Under the pieces are notes generated by a model. It saw nothing but the letters and a program-made list of their open reading frames with translations. It was not told the origin of the DNA and did not search any database. A stretch of 64,000 nucleotides of DNA from Candidatus Poribacteria bacterium (GTDB lineage: Bacteria > Poribacteria > WGA-4E > PCPOR2b), in NCBI GenBank assembly GCA_965218095.1, contig OZ244587.1, positions 2,752,001-2,816,000 on the forward strand. The letters are read 5' to 3'. Below, one piece after another: positions 48,524 to 59,787 of the stretch (the first letter of the stretch is position 1; every line of letters begins with the position of its first letter). The position numbers and the translations under genes were made by a program.

Positions 48524-49543
48524 ATGCGTATGTCTTCTAAATACAAAGTGCTGATGACGGATTATGCGTGGCCCTCTGTCGAGCCGGAGCGACAGGTTTT
48601 AGCCGAGATCGGTGCAAAGTTGATCGTTGCACAGACAGGGACGGAGGCGGAATTTATTGACCTGGCTCCCCAGGTTGATGGTATACTTACCTGTTGGCTG
48701 CAAGTGACCGCGGCGGTCATCGAAGCGGCTCAACGATGTAAGGTTATCGGACGGTTTGGGATCGGTTTGGATAACATTGATGTGGAGAGGGCAACCACGC
48801 TCGGAATCGTCGTGACAAATGTTCCTGCTTACTGCATTGATGAAGTGTCCGATCACACAATGGCGCTGCTGCTTGCGTGCGCGCGAAAGATCGCCTTACT
48901 CGATCGGGAGGTCAAAAAAGGAAATTGGGTTCGAGATGTGGGCCCATCAATGCGTCGACTCCGTGGACAAAAGTTAGGCATCATCGGATTTGGTAAAATT
49001 GGGAGAGCAATTGTGCCGAAGGCGACAGCGTTCGGATTGGAAATCCTCGTCTATTCGCCGCGAGCCACTGAGCAGATTGCCCAAGCGCACGGGGTGACCT
49101 TGGTCGATCTCCCCGAACTACTGGCGGAATCTGATTTCATCACCGTTCATGCGCCGCTAACCCCCGAAACACAAGGATTACTGAATGCGGAGGCGTTTTG
49201 TCGGATGAAACCTACTGCTTATGTCCTCAATACAGCCCGCGGAGGTGTTATCGAAACCGATGCGCTCTACAGGGCGTTTACGGAAGGAGAAATCACTGGC
49301 GCGGGTCTGGATGTCTTGGCTGAGGAGCCGCCACGATTCGATGAGCCGCTGCTTGAACTGGAGAATGTTATCCTGACGCCGCACGCTGCGTTTACGTCCG
49401 AGGAGTCAATCTATGACCTTGAAACGATAGCGGCGACAGAAATCGCAAGGGTATTAACGGGGCGGATGCCTGAATCGGTGGTTAACCCGGAGGTCTTGAG
49501 TAGCCCTGCGCTTCGTGCCAAAGCACTCGCTCAGGGGAAGTAA
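48524..49543 (+). CDS. D-isomer-specific 2-hydroxyacid dehydrogenase (CtBP-like)
   Basis: NVPAYCIDEVSDH, GFGKIG, NTARG, TPHAAF. Confidence 0.92.
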   Translation: MRMSSKYKVLMTDYAWPSVEPERQVLAEIGAKLIVAQTGTEAEFIDLAPQVDGILTCWLQVTAAVIEAAQRCKVIGRFGIGLDNIDVERATTLGIVVTNVPAYCIDEVSDHTMALLLACARKIALLDREVKKGNWVRDVGPSMRRLRGQKLGIIGFGKIGRAIVPKATAFGLEILVYSPRATEQIAQAHGVTLVDLPELLAESDFITVHAPLTPETQGLLNAEAFCRMKPTAYVLNTARGGVIETDALYRAFTEGEITGAGLDVLAEEPPRFDEPLLELENVILTPHAAFTSEESIYDLETIAATEIARVLTGRMPESVVNPEVLSSPALRAKALAQGK

Positions 49544-49563
49544 TCTGTTTGAGGAAAATAGTG

Positions 49564-50382
49564 ATGAAATCTTTCAAGGGGGCAACAGTCTTAATCACAG
49601 GTGCTTCGTCTGGCATTGGTGAAGCGTTTGCCCATAACCTTGCCAATCGAGGGGCTAATTTAATCTTAACTGCGCGTTCGGAGGATAAATTACGTCAAAT
49701 TGGCAGCGAATTATCAGAAAAACACCAAATCGAAGTCCATGTGTTCCCCGGAGATCTCAGCCGCCCGGATATGCCCCAGCGACTGTTTTCGCAGGTCCAA
49801 TCCGCATTGCTATCAGTCGATGTGCTGATCAATAACGCCAGCTTTGGGAAGTGGGGAAATTTCCTGGAATACGATTATCAAACCTATCAAGATATGCTAA
49901 ATCTCAATATCAACGCACTGGTGAGTTTGACATATCTCTTCCTTCCTGAAATGCTGAAGCAGAGGGACGGCGGAATCCTTAATGTCGCGTCAATAGCGGC
50001 ATTTCAGCCACTCCCTTACATTGCTGCGTACAGCGCAACGAAGGCATTTGTCCTCAATTTCTCCGAAGCACTCTGGGGCGAATATCACGAACGCGGCTTG
50101 ACGGTTCTTGCACTTTGCCCCGGCAACTCGTCAACAAATTTCGCTGAAGTTGCCAATGCTGACGTAACAAAAATGCCCAGGGCTGAAACGCCCGAGAAAG
50201 TGGCTCAAGTTGGTTTGGAAGCCTTCTTGAAGGAACGAAACTATGTAATCCCTGGCAGAACAGGCAACTATCTGTTGGCAAATTTATCCCGCCTGCTGCC
50301 GCGTCGCCGGGTGATCAAGACGGCGTTGGGTATGTTAAAACCGAACACTTCCCCAGAGAAGAGTTCAAAAATAATGGGTTGA
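49564..50382 (+). CDS. SDR oxidoreductase
   Basis: TGASSGIG, NNAS, YSATK. Confidence 0.92.
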   Translation: MKSFKGATVLITGASSGIGEAFAHNLANRGANLILTARSEDKLRQIGSELSEKHQIEVHVFPGDLSRPDMPQRLFSQVQSALLSVDVLINNASFGKWGNFLEYDYQTYQDMLNLNINALVSLTYLFLPEMLKQRDGGILNVASIAAFQPLPYIAAYSATKAFVLNFSEALWGEYHERGLTVLALCPGNSSTNFAEVANADVTKMPRAETPEKVAQVGLEAFLKERNYVIPGRTGNYLLANLSRLLPRRRVIKTALGMLKPNTSPEKSSKIMG

Positions 50383-50394
50383 CACTTTCCTAAA

Positions 50395-50527
50395 TTAAAA
50401 GAGACAAGCGGCAGATCCACTTGTGGCTCGCCCCCTCGCTTCCACAAGAGGCACCCACAAATCCACTTCCCACGCAGGTTTACCAACTTATAGGTAATAG
50501 TAAGCCAATTCTGGGGGGAGAATCGCA
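50395..50527. repeat. Dispersed repeat family C, partial copy
   Basis: CGGCAGATCCACTTGTGGCTCGCCCCC and GTAAGCCAA.TCTGGGGGGAGAATCGCA are shared with 52271-52616. Confidence 0.75.
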
Positions 50528-50560
50528 AAACGTAAGACCATTTGTTGATTCGCTGATTTA

Positions 50561-50695
50561 TTAATAATGATGACTCTTGACACCTTTACTCTCACAATAG
50601 GGGTATTCAGGATGATCACCCCAACGAACAGTCTCTAAGTGTTCAATACAACTCTCTTGATCCGAAAATCTTTCTACTGCATCAAATAGATTCAT
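50561..50695 (-). pseudogene. IS1595-family transposase N-terminal stub
   Basis: RBS AAGGAG; MNLFDAVERFSDQESCIEHLETVRWGDHPEYPYCESK, a Zn-ribbon start with C changed to Y. Confidence 0.75.
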
Positions 50696-50735
50696 GCGTA
50701 ACTCCTTTATTCATGCGGGTTTGAGAGAGTTCAGA

Positions 50736-51218
50736 TTAACACGATTTAGAGATTTTGTCAAGCCTAAAATTGATAACTGCGTTTAATTTTTGCCTTTGTT
50801 TACAAGGAAACAGCATGCTGGGGTTTTCGCCGTGGCGTAGCGCGTTGATTGGAATCTCGATCGAAGCCCACGGGTCAAATCGGGGGCTCTTCACCCATGT
50901 AGTCTTTGTTTTCGGCCAAAAGCACTGTATTTCAACCTCTTCACCTTTCCTGAGCCGAAAATCGCCCGACTCGACGAACCGCGTGCAAAACGCACTCGCG
51001 CCGACTTGCAGCCCGTTGAGCTCATAGGGTGGTGGCGGTGAAAAAATCAGGCCACAATTCGGGGGGAGGCGGTTACTGACATCGGCACGAACGTGCCAAC
51101 GGCGGATAGTTGAGCGGGAGACCTTAAAGTGACGCGCCAATTCTTTCTCGCCCTTAACCCCGTACAGACTCACCAACTCTGAGATCATTTCTTCGGTTAA
51201 TTCTATTGCGGTTGCCAT
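50736..51218 (-). CDS. HTH-containing hypothetical protein
   Basis: KELARHFKVSRSTIRRW; RBS AAGGAG. Confidence 0.7.
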   Translation of the reverse strand: MATAIELTEEMISELVSLYGVKGEKELARHFKVSRSTIRRWHVRADVSNRLPPNCGLIFSPPPPYELNGLQVGASAFCTRFVESGDFRLRKGEEVEIQCFWPKTKTTWVKSPRFDPWASIEIPINALRHGENPSMLFPCKQRQKLNAVINFRLDKISKSC

Positions 51219-51339
51219 GTTCTCTCCTTTTGCTTGGGTTTACCTTCCGCGATGAAAAGCGGACTGAAAGGCGACTGACCACCGACCGCTTACACCGCCA
51301 CCACTAGGCGTACTCCCTGACGTGACGAAAAGCGGACTG

Positions 51340-51790
51340 ACAATCCTCCCTTTGCCGCTCCATAAAGCCCAAATCCGGGATTTGTAATTGTCGCATTGAC
51401 AGTGGAGATATAAACAATCACCCCGCTGCCTGTCCGGATCATCTCTGGAATGCAATACTTTGCCCCAAGCCATGGCCCACCCAGTGTCACAGCGAGCCCT
51501 TCGTTCCATTCCTCTTGAGAAAACTCGATAGCCGGTTTAGTGTAGGAATGGACGGCGTTGTGCACGAGTGTAGTTACCTTCCCGAATCGATTCACCGCTG
51601 TTTGAACAAGCCTTTTCCAGGTGTTTTCGTCTGCGTCCGTGATTCGAGTGACCGTCTCTGCGAGCTTCTCGGCACGCCGGTGTGTATTGACAACCACCTT
51701 CGCCCCTTCACAGGCAAAGCAATATGCAGTCGCTGCACCAATTCCCCCCCAGGCGGCTCCCGCAACGATTACAACTTTTCCTTTCAATTG
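51340..51790 (-). pseudogene. SDR oxidoreductase fragment with internal deletion
   Basis: LKGKVVIVAGAAWGGIG...YGAAKGG, then similarity is lost. Confidence 0.8.
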
Positions 51791-52112
51791 CCTCTGCTTC
51801 GGAGTCAAGGTGCTCAAGGACCGTAGTCAATTTTGCCATCACCAGCAGATTGCGGATGTTTGTGCCAACATTGATTACACCCATGCGCCCGCCCTTGCGT
51901 CTAATGGAGAGATGGGCGCCAATCAGCGTCCCAAGGCCGGAACTGTCCATCATCGAAACACCTGAGAGATCAAGGAGCAGCTTCGGCGCTTCATGGCTGC
52001 TCGCAATATATTCATCGACCATTTTTTTCAGTTTAAGGCTATCGGTGTCAACGATCTTTCCGTCGAGTTGGAAGATGATGACACCTTCAGTTCTACGCAT
52101 ATCAAGTTTCAT
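51708..52112 (-). CDS. STAS anti-sigma factor antagonist, 3' end runs into the SDR remnant
   Basis: LLLDLSGVSMMDSSGLGTL; RBS GGAGG before MKLDM. Confidence 0.85.
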   Translation of the reverse strand: MKLDMRRTEGVIIFQLDGKIVDTDSLKLKKMVDEYIASSHEAPKLLLDLSGVSMMDSSGLGTLIGAHLSIRRKGGRMGVINVGTNIRNLLVMAKLTTVLEHLDSEAEAIERKSCNRCGSRLGGNWCSDCILLCL

Positions 52113-52270
52113 CAGTTTTTCCTCCTGTGTAATTGAGTGCATATACCATTTCGATTCTTGAATGTCGAGCCATCGATTTTGCCTCTAACGGCATGCGTTC
52201 TGCCATATATCATATCAACTTTGGAGATTTTAAACAACCATAAATTTCGTATGCGTATCGCGTATTTCGT

Positions 52271-52616
52271 ATTAACTTGACTTTGTTAGATTGAAAGAGA
52301 TAATCGGCAGATCCACTTGTGGCTCGCCCCCCCAATCTGGCTTACTTTTACCCACAAGTTTTCAACGCCCCCGTCGCACGAGATCTCGCTTCGCTAGAGA
52401 CTTGTGGGACGCGGCTTCTGGCGATCCCTGAAGGGGGAAAGTGAGAAAGTGGGAAAGTGGAAACCCGCTCCCACGCCCCCTCGTTCCCATGCTCCCCTGC
52501 CTGATATGGCTTGGATGAAAAGATCTGGGTAAAAGTAAGCCAATCTGGGGGGAGAATCGCACAAACTCCCCCAGAATTGGGGGCCGGGAGGCGAATGTAA
52601 CAAAGTCAGATTAATT
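52271..52616. repeat. MITE-like composite repeat, family C
   Basis: TIRs TTAACTTGACTTTGTTA / TAACAAAGTCAGATTAA; internal palindromes and heptamers; right end recurs near 59600-59640. Confidence 0.7.
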
Positions 52617-52851
52617 TGTACGCAATGCGCGATATGTTCTACGCAAGATAATCGTTGATCGAACCGAAGCGTTAACCGAATTGTGAACTATCCCCGCCTT
52701 GAATCGCTGTGATTGCGTGGCATGACTGCGAAGTTGCGTGCGCCTTTTGAAATCTCTGAACAGAAGAAAAAGATTTGTGTTGAACTAATAAGGGGAGACG
52801 GGTTACAATTGAGGATAACGATAACACCGAAACGTGAAAGGGATGACTGAC

Positions 52852-53793
52852 ATGCAATTCTTCTTCATCGAAGACGACGCAATTTCACTCCCCAGGGGGG
52901 CCTGGGCAAAATCTCACCGAATTAACGTGCGTTGGCGTGGGAGACCCATCACCGCGTTGAGTCAAGGGGAATACCGCGCTTACCTGTTTCCCGTGTACAC
53001 CCCGGCGGGATTCGCCGTGACCACCGAGAGCCCGGTGGATCATCCGCACCACAACTCGCTCTGGATCGGCGCCGACCACTTCCACTGCCGCCTCCCCTTC
53101 TCCACCGACGCCTATGAGGAAGCGACCTACAACTTCTACGTCAACGACACCTTTCAGGGGCGTGCGCCTGGGCGGATTGTCAGCGTTTCGGTCGAAAGCG
53201 CGGAGGTCTCAGAAAACCATCTCCAAATAGTGCAGACGCTCAACTGGCGGGGGCCTTCCGAATGGGGTGCCCCGCAGGGACGCACCCTCGCTATCGAAAC
53301 CCGGAGCATCGACGTATACCCCGGCGAGGTTGCGAACCTGATTGACATTCGCTCGCAGTTGCGTCCAACGGAGTGGGATATCAGCATCGGGCCCACGCGA
53401 CACGCCTATTTTGGGGTGCGCATGGTCGAATCACTACGCGCCACGAGTGGGGCAACCCTCATTGACTCTGCCGGTCGTTCTGGCGCCGTAGCGATTAGCG
53501 GGCAGGTTTCCGATTGGGTGGACTGTTCGGGGCAAATCGCTGCACATAATCGTGCCGGTGTTGCTTTATTCCCCTATCCCTCTGCCGCTAGTACGCCGTG
53601 GCATGTCGCCGATTGGGGCACGATGGGAGTGAATCCATTTGTGCAGAAGGACCGGACGATTAACCGTGGCGAGATGCTGGATGTGGCAGTGCGAGTCGTC
53701 GTTCATGACGGAGGCGCAGAGGAGGCGGGGATTATGGAATTGTATCGTGCTTTCGTTCAAACAGACGAGGAAAATTCAACGCGCAAACCTTGA
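52852..53793 (+). CDS. DUF6807 (PmoA-like named family) protein
   Basis: YLFPVYTPAG..VT...P.DHPHHNSLW, FGVRM. Confidence 0.75.
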   Translation: MQFFFIEDDAISLPRGAWAKSHRINVRWRGRPITALSQGEYRAYLFPVYTPAGFAVTTESPVDHPHHNSLWIGADHFHCRLPFSTDAYEEATYNFYVNDTFQGRAPGRIVSVSVESAEVSENHLQIVQTLNWRGPSEWGAPQGRTLAIETRSIDVYPGEVANLIDIRSQLRPTEWDISIGPTRHAYFGVRMVESLRATSGATLIDSAGRSGAVAISGQVSDWVDCSGQIAAHNRAGVALFPYPSAASTPWHVADWGTMGVNPFVQKDRTINRGEMLDVAVRVVVHDGGAEEAGIMELYRAFVQTDEENSTRKP

Positions 53794-54142
53794 CGGGACA
53801 GACATTGAGGATATTGTCACAACTGGATTGAATATTCCACACTATATCGCTGTGGATGGAAGCGGCGGAAAAATCTACTGGACCGATGACATCCCATGTA
53901 TAATCAAACAGGCAAATCTGGATAGAACAAACGTCGAAGACCTTGTCACGGCAGGATTGGAGTGGCAACGGGGTATCGCCGTGGATGTGAAAGGTGGGAA
54001 GATATACTGGGCGGATTCTGACAACCAAAGAATCCAACGTGCCAACCTTGATAGCACAAATGTCGAAGATCTCCTCGGGACGCGGAGACCTCCAGCGGGA
54101 ATTGCCGTTCTTCGTTCTAGGATCGGCCTCACCGAACGATAA
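53760..54142 (+). pseudogene. LDL-receptor class B (YWTD) repeat fragment
   Basis: IQRANLDGT..ED.VT.GL..P..IAVD..GGKIYWTD repeated about three times; no start. Confidence 0.85.
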
Positions 54143-54157
54143 CGTGGACATAACTTT

Positions 54158-56062
54158 ACGACTTGTGCTAGTTGATATAGGCTATGCGAAAACTAAGTCT
54201 TTGATTTCCATAAGCGGTTGTCCTAGACTGCGGTTGAGCAAAACTGCTAAGCTGAACCCCGCTAGCTTATCAATAATTCGGGTCAACATGCCCCAATGAT
54301 AACGCGCTCTGATTCGACAGAGATGAAACTGGGCATTGAGTTGATTGATGGTAGTTTCAATTCGTCTCCGAATCCGATTGAGATTCCGCCGGAGTTGTGG
54401 CGTATGTTGTGACTTCTGATTCTCACGCTTGATAGCGAATAAGCGAATCCCATCTAACTCAAGGAGCATCTCACTCAATGGGTCTGAAATGTAACCTTTG
54501 TCTCCAATTATCAGGGGATAATCGCCTGTTTCACACATCGTCGAAAGCACCTCCCGCTCATCAACATTGGCATTGGGTACGGAAAAAGCGAGGGGTACGC
54601 CTTGATGATTAGATGAACGCGAAATCCTAAGAATGTACCCAATCCTTTGGTTTCACAATACCCGTAGGTCCTGACACTTGAGAGGCGATGTGGAAGAATG
54701 CGTACGCTTAAAGTCACAGAGGGGGACAGGCAAGCTATCGACAATGAAGATGTCGTTTAACGGAAGTTCATCGTTGAGTGCTTGTCTAAGTTTTCTACTT
54801 ACTTCCCACAGATTACGACGCTGACGATTAAATCGAGTTCACTCAGGTAAATGCGGAAATAGATGGCAGAACTCCTTTTTGACAAGATTATACCAACCCG
54901 TTGACTATCAATGCCAACCATCTCACCGACCCAAGCAATGGTTATTACTTCACTGTCGGCTAGGTTGCTATTGGGGACACCCCGATGGGGCATTCCATCG
55001 GGGAAATGGTGTTCATACAAATCATCAATAACAATGAAACTCACACTCAGCAAGTCTTCGAGATTCAGTGACGTGATTCCTTCTTGTGCGAAAGCGGCAC
55101 TCCGCTTTTGACATAACTCCCTTGAAATGCTTCCTCTCTTTCATTCGAGATAAGTAACTTCTCTCAAAGGATAGCACTTCCTTTGCCTTTTAACTAGGTT
55201 CTGTTGACATTTGAGTATAAGGTTGTGGCATAATAGAAGAATGATGCCAATAACCTTACCTGATGAACAATGGAATAAGATATACCGGTTTCTTCTTAGT
55301 TGTCCCACCATCTATGTTGGCGACGAAGCTGCTACACGCCGCTTCGTCGAAGCAGTTCTGTGGGTGACTCGTAGCGGCGCTCAATGGAGACTTCTACCAG
55401 ACACCTATGGTAAATCGAATACCCGCTACAAGCGGTTTGCTCGATGGTGCGACAAAGGTATCTTCACACAGATGCACCCCCACTTCGCCTCTGACCCCGA
55501 TATCGAGTCGCTTATTGTGGACAGCACCATCTGCCGCGCTCACCCGTCTGCCGCGCTCACCCGTCTGCGGCGGGCGCCTTAAAAAGCTGGTGCCTTAAAA
55601 AAACGGTGGCACTGAAAACCAAGCATTAGGTTGGTCTCGGGGCGGTTTCAGTACAAAAAATCACATCACAGTTAACGGACTAGGCAATCCCCTAAGAATT
55701 CATCTGACCCCCGGTCAGAGACATGACATAACTGAGGCGGAAGGGTTGATAATCGGATATAACAGTGAATATGTGATTGGAGACAAGGGGTACGATTCGG
55801 ACGCTTTTATCGCGGTTATTGAGGCGAATGGAGCGATTGCGGTGATACCGCCCAAAAGTCATCGTGTTGACCAAAGAACGTTATGACAAACACTTATACA
55901 AAGAGAGACATCGGGTTGAATGTTTCATCAACAAGATAAAATGGTATCGTCGTATCTTCTCTCGGTTTGAGAAGCTAGCTGTCCGTTATTTTGGATTTCT
56001 CAGCTTTGTCTCCACTCTTATATGGCTCCGTTGAAATGTCAACAGAACCTAGCACAAGTCGT
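54158..56062 (-). mobile_element. IS982-family element, frameshifted, with IS5 nested in one TIR
   Basis: TIR ACGACTTGTGCTAGTT; 7-bp duplication TAACTTT; fragments IDDLY, DSEVITI, GFR.HL, GDKGYI, RRRIET. Confidence 0.88.
55197..56049 (+). mobile_element. IS5-family element, degraded
   Basis: TIR GGTTCTGTTGACATT / AATGTCAACAGAACC, TA duplication; RSGAQWRLLP, VDSTI.RAH, GDKGYDSD, YKERHRVECF. Confidence 0.9.
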
Positions 56063-56102
56063 TAACTTTAGAAACCAGTATAAGTCAAAATTGGGGGTAT
56101 GT

Positions 56103-57225
56103 ATGAAAATAACGGATGTAAAAACGACATTACTGGCCATCCCCCACCTTGGAGGCATTCAAGACGCCACCATCCGCCATATCGCGAGCGGACGTACGGC
56201 GTGCTTTGTGCGCATTATTACCGATGCCGGTCTGGAAGGATTGAGCCCCGCGGGAGGCGGACATGCCGCTCAAACACTCATTGAGGGTACTTTCAAGGAA
56301 TTGTTGGTGGGCCAAAATCCCTTACACATCGAAAAGATTTGGGATGATCTCTTCTGGTGTATCCGGGGGGTTGGGCGCAAAGGGCTTGCCTTCTGTGCCC
56401 TCTCGGCTGTAGATGTCGCCCTGTGGGATGTGAAAGCGAAATTCTTCAACGTCCCGCTCTATCAGTTGTTGGGTCCCTCCCTACACTGAGACTGTCCCCG
56501 TCTATGGAAGCGGCGGCTGGACAAACTTCAGCGTGGAGGAGCTAGTAGCGGAACAAACTAGCTATGTTGAGCGGGGTTTCAAAGCCGTGAAAATGAAGGT
56601 AGGCAAGGATTTCGGCAAAAGTGAACGGGAAGACGTCCAAAAACTGGCTGCTGTCCGTGAGGCGGTCGGGGATGATATTGAGATCTATATTGACGCCAAC
56701 AACGGCTATTACGCCAAACAGGCGATTTACATGGGTAAAGCCTTCGAGGAATACCGCGTTGGTTGGTTCGAGGAGCCGGTGCTGGCTGACGACATCGAGG
56801 GACTGGCAGTCGTCGCCAGGGCAATTGACATCCCCATCGCCACGGGTGAGCACGAATATACCAAGTTCGGCTTCAAGGACCTTATCGCTCGCGGCGGGGC
56901 AGACATCGTTCAGCCGGACGTCGGGCGAGTAGGCGGAATCACGGAGTGGATGAAGGTGGCTCACCTAGCGCACGCCTTCAACCTCCCGGTGGCGCCGCAT
57001 GCCTACCAGTTAATCTACCTGCACCTCGCCTGCGCCACGCCGAACCTGAAGGTGGTGGAGTACCTGGGGACGGCTGAGGCGGTGGACAAAATCGTCTACA
57101 AAGAATGGCCCGAGCCCAAAGATGGGATGTGGTCACCCGATCCGGACAAGCCCGGCTTGGGCTTGGATCCTGTTGCCGTAGAAAAATATGCGGCGAGCGC
57201 GACTGTGCCACGAGCGCAGTTATAA
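56103..57225 (+). pseudogene. Mandelate racemase family gene frameshifted by a 4-bp duplication
   Basis: GGTCCCTCCCTACACTGAG near 56472-56490; removing one CCCT joins the two ORFs. Confidence 0.85.
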
Positions 57226-57289
57226 CAAGTCAAAAACCTTCCGAAGATTTGCAACCTTCGGAAGGTTAAACACCATAAGGAGATATAAA

Positions 57290-58063
57290 ATGAAGATTCT
57301 ACGTTATTGCACCGATAGGGACACAAGTTACGGTATTCTGGAGGATGATGGAACCATCCGCCAATTGGTCAGCTCTCCCTTCGAGGGGCTTGACACGAAC
57401 GATACAGCCACGCATCTGAACCAGGTGCGCCCACTTGCACCGGTCGAAGCGCCGAGAATCATTGGCGTCGGTTTGAACTACGCTGCACACGCCCGTGAGT
57501 CAGGCGCAGAACCTCCCTCTTTTCCGATGCTATTCATGAAACCTTCAACCACAGTTATCGGCCCCGAGGAGGCGATTGTCTATCCCCGGCAAGGCAAAGA
57601 AGTACATTATGAGTGTGAACTGGCCGTCATCATCGGGAAGGCAGCCCGGCGTGTGTCGGAAGCGGAAGCCCTGAGCTATGTGCTTGGTTACACCTGTGGC
57701 AACGACATCAGCGAACGTGTCATCCAGAAAGGTGAAATGGCTATGGGCTGCATGCTACTTGGTAAAGGATTTGACACCTTCTGCCCGCTTGGTCCCGTCA
57801 TCGCAACCGGATTGGACCCGACCAATTTCGATATCAAAACTCGGCTGAATGGCGATGTGAAGCAGGATTCAAATACGTCAGACCTTCTGTTTTCCGTTGC
57901 TCGGCTCGTTTCTTACATCAGCGAGGCGATGACCCTCCTGCCCGGTGATGTGATTATGACCGGCACCCCGTCCGGAGTTGGTCCTATCGCTCCCGGCGAC
58001 GTTGTCGAAATTGAGATATCAGAGATCGGCACCCTACGCAACCCGGTGGTCGCCGAGGCGTAA
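57290..58063 (+). CDS. Fumarylacetoacetate hydrolase family protein
   Basis: GLNY..H, HYECEL, NDISER, GKGFDTFCPLGP, TGTPSGV. Confidence 0.93.
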   Translation: MKILRYCTDRDTSYGILEDDGTIRQLVSSPFEGLDTNDTATHLNQVRPLAPVEAPRIIGVGLNYAAHARESGAEPPSFPMLFMKPSTTVIGPEEAIVYPRQGKEVHYECELAVIIGKAARRVSEAEALSYVLGYTCGNDISERVIQKGEMAMGCMLLGKGFDTFCPLGPVIATGLDPTNFDIKTRLNGDVKQDSNTSDLLFSVARLVSYISEAMTLLPGDVIMTGTPSGVGPIAPGDVVEIEISEIGTLRNPVVAEA

Positions 58064-58377
58064 ATCGATTTCGGATAAGTTTCTCTCCTTGGGGAGGTCA
58101 GTCAGGGGCGGACATGTAACCCAAAAAGCGGGCAGTGATGGACATTGACGCCTACGATAGATCGGATGCGATTTTGTAGCTTGGTGACTTCATCACCAAG
58201 CGTTTCGCCCTGCCTGTCCCCCCCTGAAGGGATGTCAGGATTGGATTCTCCCCCGATGGGGCGGAACTTATACCCCCTCTAACTCCTCTTCGGTAAACTA
58301 AGAGTCCAAGACTCCGATCTCTGGATCGGATGGGAGAACCCTTGCAGATTGCGGATTGAAAAGAGAAAGGTGAATCA

Positions 58378-59223
58378 ATGAAGATTGCTTACGGCACGTA
58401 TGCCATGCCAACAGTGCCGTTGGAAGAGGCAATCCCCATGCTTGCCCAGATGGGGTATGATGGGGTTGAAATTTGCATCGGGCCCAAACATATCGGATCA
58501 ATGCCCGACCAGATAGATTCTGCTCGCCGGAAGAGGCTGAAGGGACTGTTTAAGCAACACAGTATGGGCGTCCCGGCGTTGATGATATTGGGTCATATTC
58601 TGGAAGAAGATGGGCAGGCACATCAGGATAATCTTGCATTCATGCGGTGGGCCGCTCAACTTGCCAAAGACCTCGATTTTGGAGAGCAGCCCGTGCTCGC
58701 TAGAGGGATCGGTGGCAAGAGCGACTTGTGGGAGGGACAGCGGGACCAGATCGTTCGACGCCTCAAGGATTATGCGCAACTGGCTTCAGAGGAAGGGTTT
58801 ATCTTAGCCGCGGAAGCACATTGTGGGGCTGCCGTGGACCGGTCAGAGAGGGCGCTCTGGGCGATAGAGGCGGTTGATAGTCCCCTTGTCGGATTGCACT
58901 TTGACATTGTCCATTTTTACCTAGCAGGGGAAAAGGTAGAAGATTCAGTCCGGAATCTCCTCCCAATTACAAAACATACCCACATTACCGATGCACGCAA
59001 GCATGCGGACGGTACATTCGATCTGCTGCTTCTGGGTCAAGGTGAACTTGATAGCATCACCTACATGAAGGCGATGCACGAGGCAGGTTGGACGGACTTC
59101 ATCACGCTGGAGGTCAGCGCCCGTGTCTGGTCCAAAGCGGGCTATGCCCCGGTTGTAGCAGCTTCTTATTCCTATAACACTCTGAATAATGCCTTCAAAG
59201 CGGCTGGCGTTCTCCGAACTTGA
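58378..59223 (+). CDS. Sugar phosphate isomerase/epimerase
   Basis: GYDGVEI, EAH, FDIVH, HITD, LEVS. Confidence 0.9.
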   Translation: MKIAYGTYAMPTVPLEEAIPMLAQMGYDGVEICIGPKHIGSMPDQIDSARRKRLKGLFKQHSMGVPALMILGHILEEDGQAHQDNLAFMRWAAQLAKDLDFGEQPVLARGIGGKSDLWEGQRDQIVRRLKDYAQLASEEGFILAAEAHCGAAVDRSERALWAIEAVDSPLVGLHFDIVHFYLAGEKVEDSVRNLLPITKHTHITDARKHADGTFDLLLLGQGELDSITYMKAMHEAGWTDFITLEVSARVWSKAGYAPVVAASYSYNTLNNAFKAAGVLRT

Positions 59224-59244
59224 TGAAACAAAAAGGAAAGCACA

Positions 59245-59472
59245 ATGAACCAAATCAGCACACCACAGTTGCAGACCGATATGTTGGACGGTATTGCACA
59301 TCTTTCCGGGGATGAACTGGCGACAATGCAGAAGGCGCCCTATATCCTGCGGGCTCGCGATGGCAAACTCACAGAGATACCGGCGGAGAAAAGCCTGCTG
59401 CCTCACGACTCGAAGGGACACTCCCAGGGTGCAAACGTCGCCATGACCGCCAGCGGCGCAATTATAGCTTAA
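59245..59472 (+). pseudogene. Truncated N-terminal gene fragment
   Basis: RBS AAGGA; ORF ends where a palindromic repeat block begins (59472-59550). Confidence 0.5.
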
Positions 59473-59787
59473 GTGGTCTCAAGACGATTATCAGTGGATC
59501 CCAGTCCACTTGAGTGGACTTCAGCTTTGAGCCTGAACTTCAGTTCAAGGCGTCGCAGACCGTCACCGGCTGCTTTTTTGGGGTGCCTGTCTGCTCCTGA
59601 AAGAATTGGGGGGCGGGGGACAAATGTAACAAAGTTAAGGCTATGTTCTTAGACCCTGGCGGAAAGAGAGCAAACGGGGACGGGGTAGGCAAGTGAGAGG
59701 TGTATACGAAATCTAACTTTCTCCTTTTCCCTTTTACTCCTAAACCGTTCAATTCCTTAAGTTGATGCCTATGGGAGGGGATGTACG

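Noticed and set aside
52852-53793. Particulate methane monooxygenase
   Set aside because: Soluble protein of a family with a misleading name; no TM helices and no pmoB/pmoC
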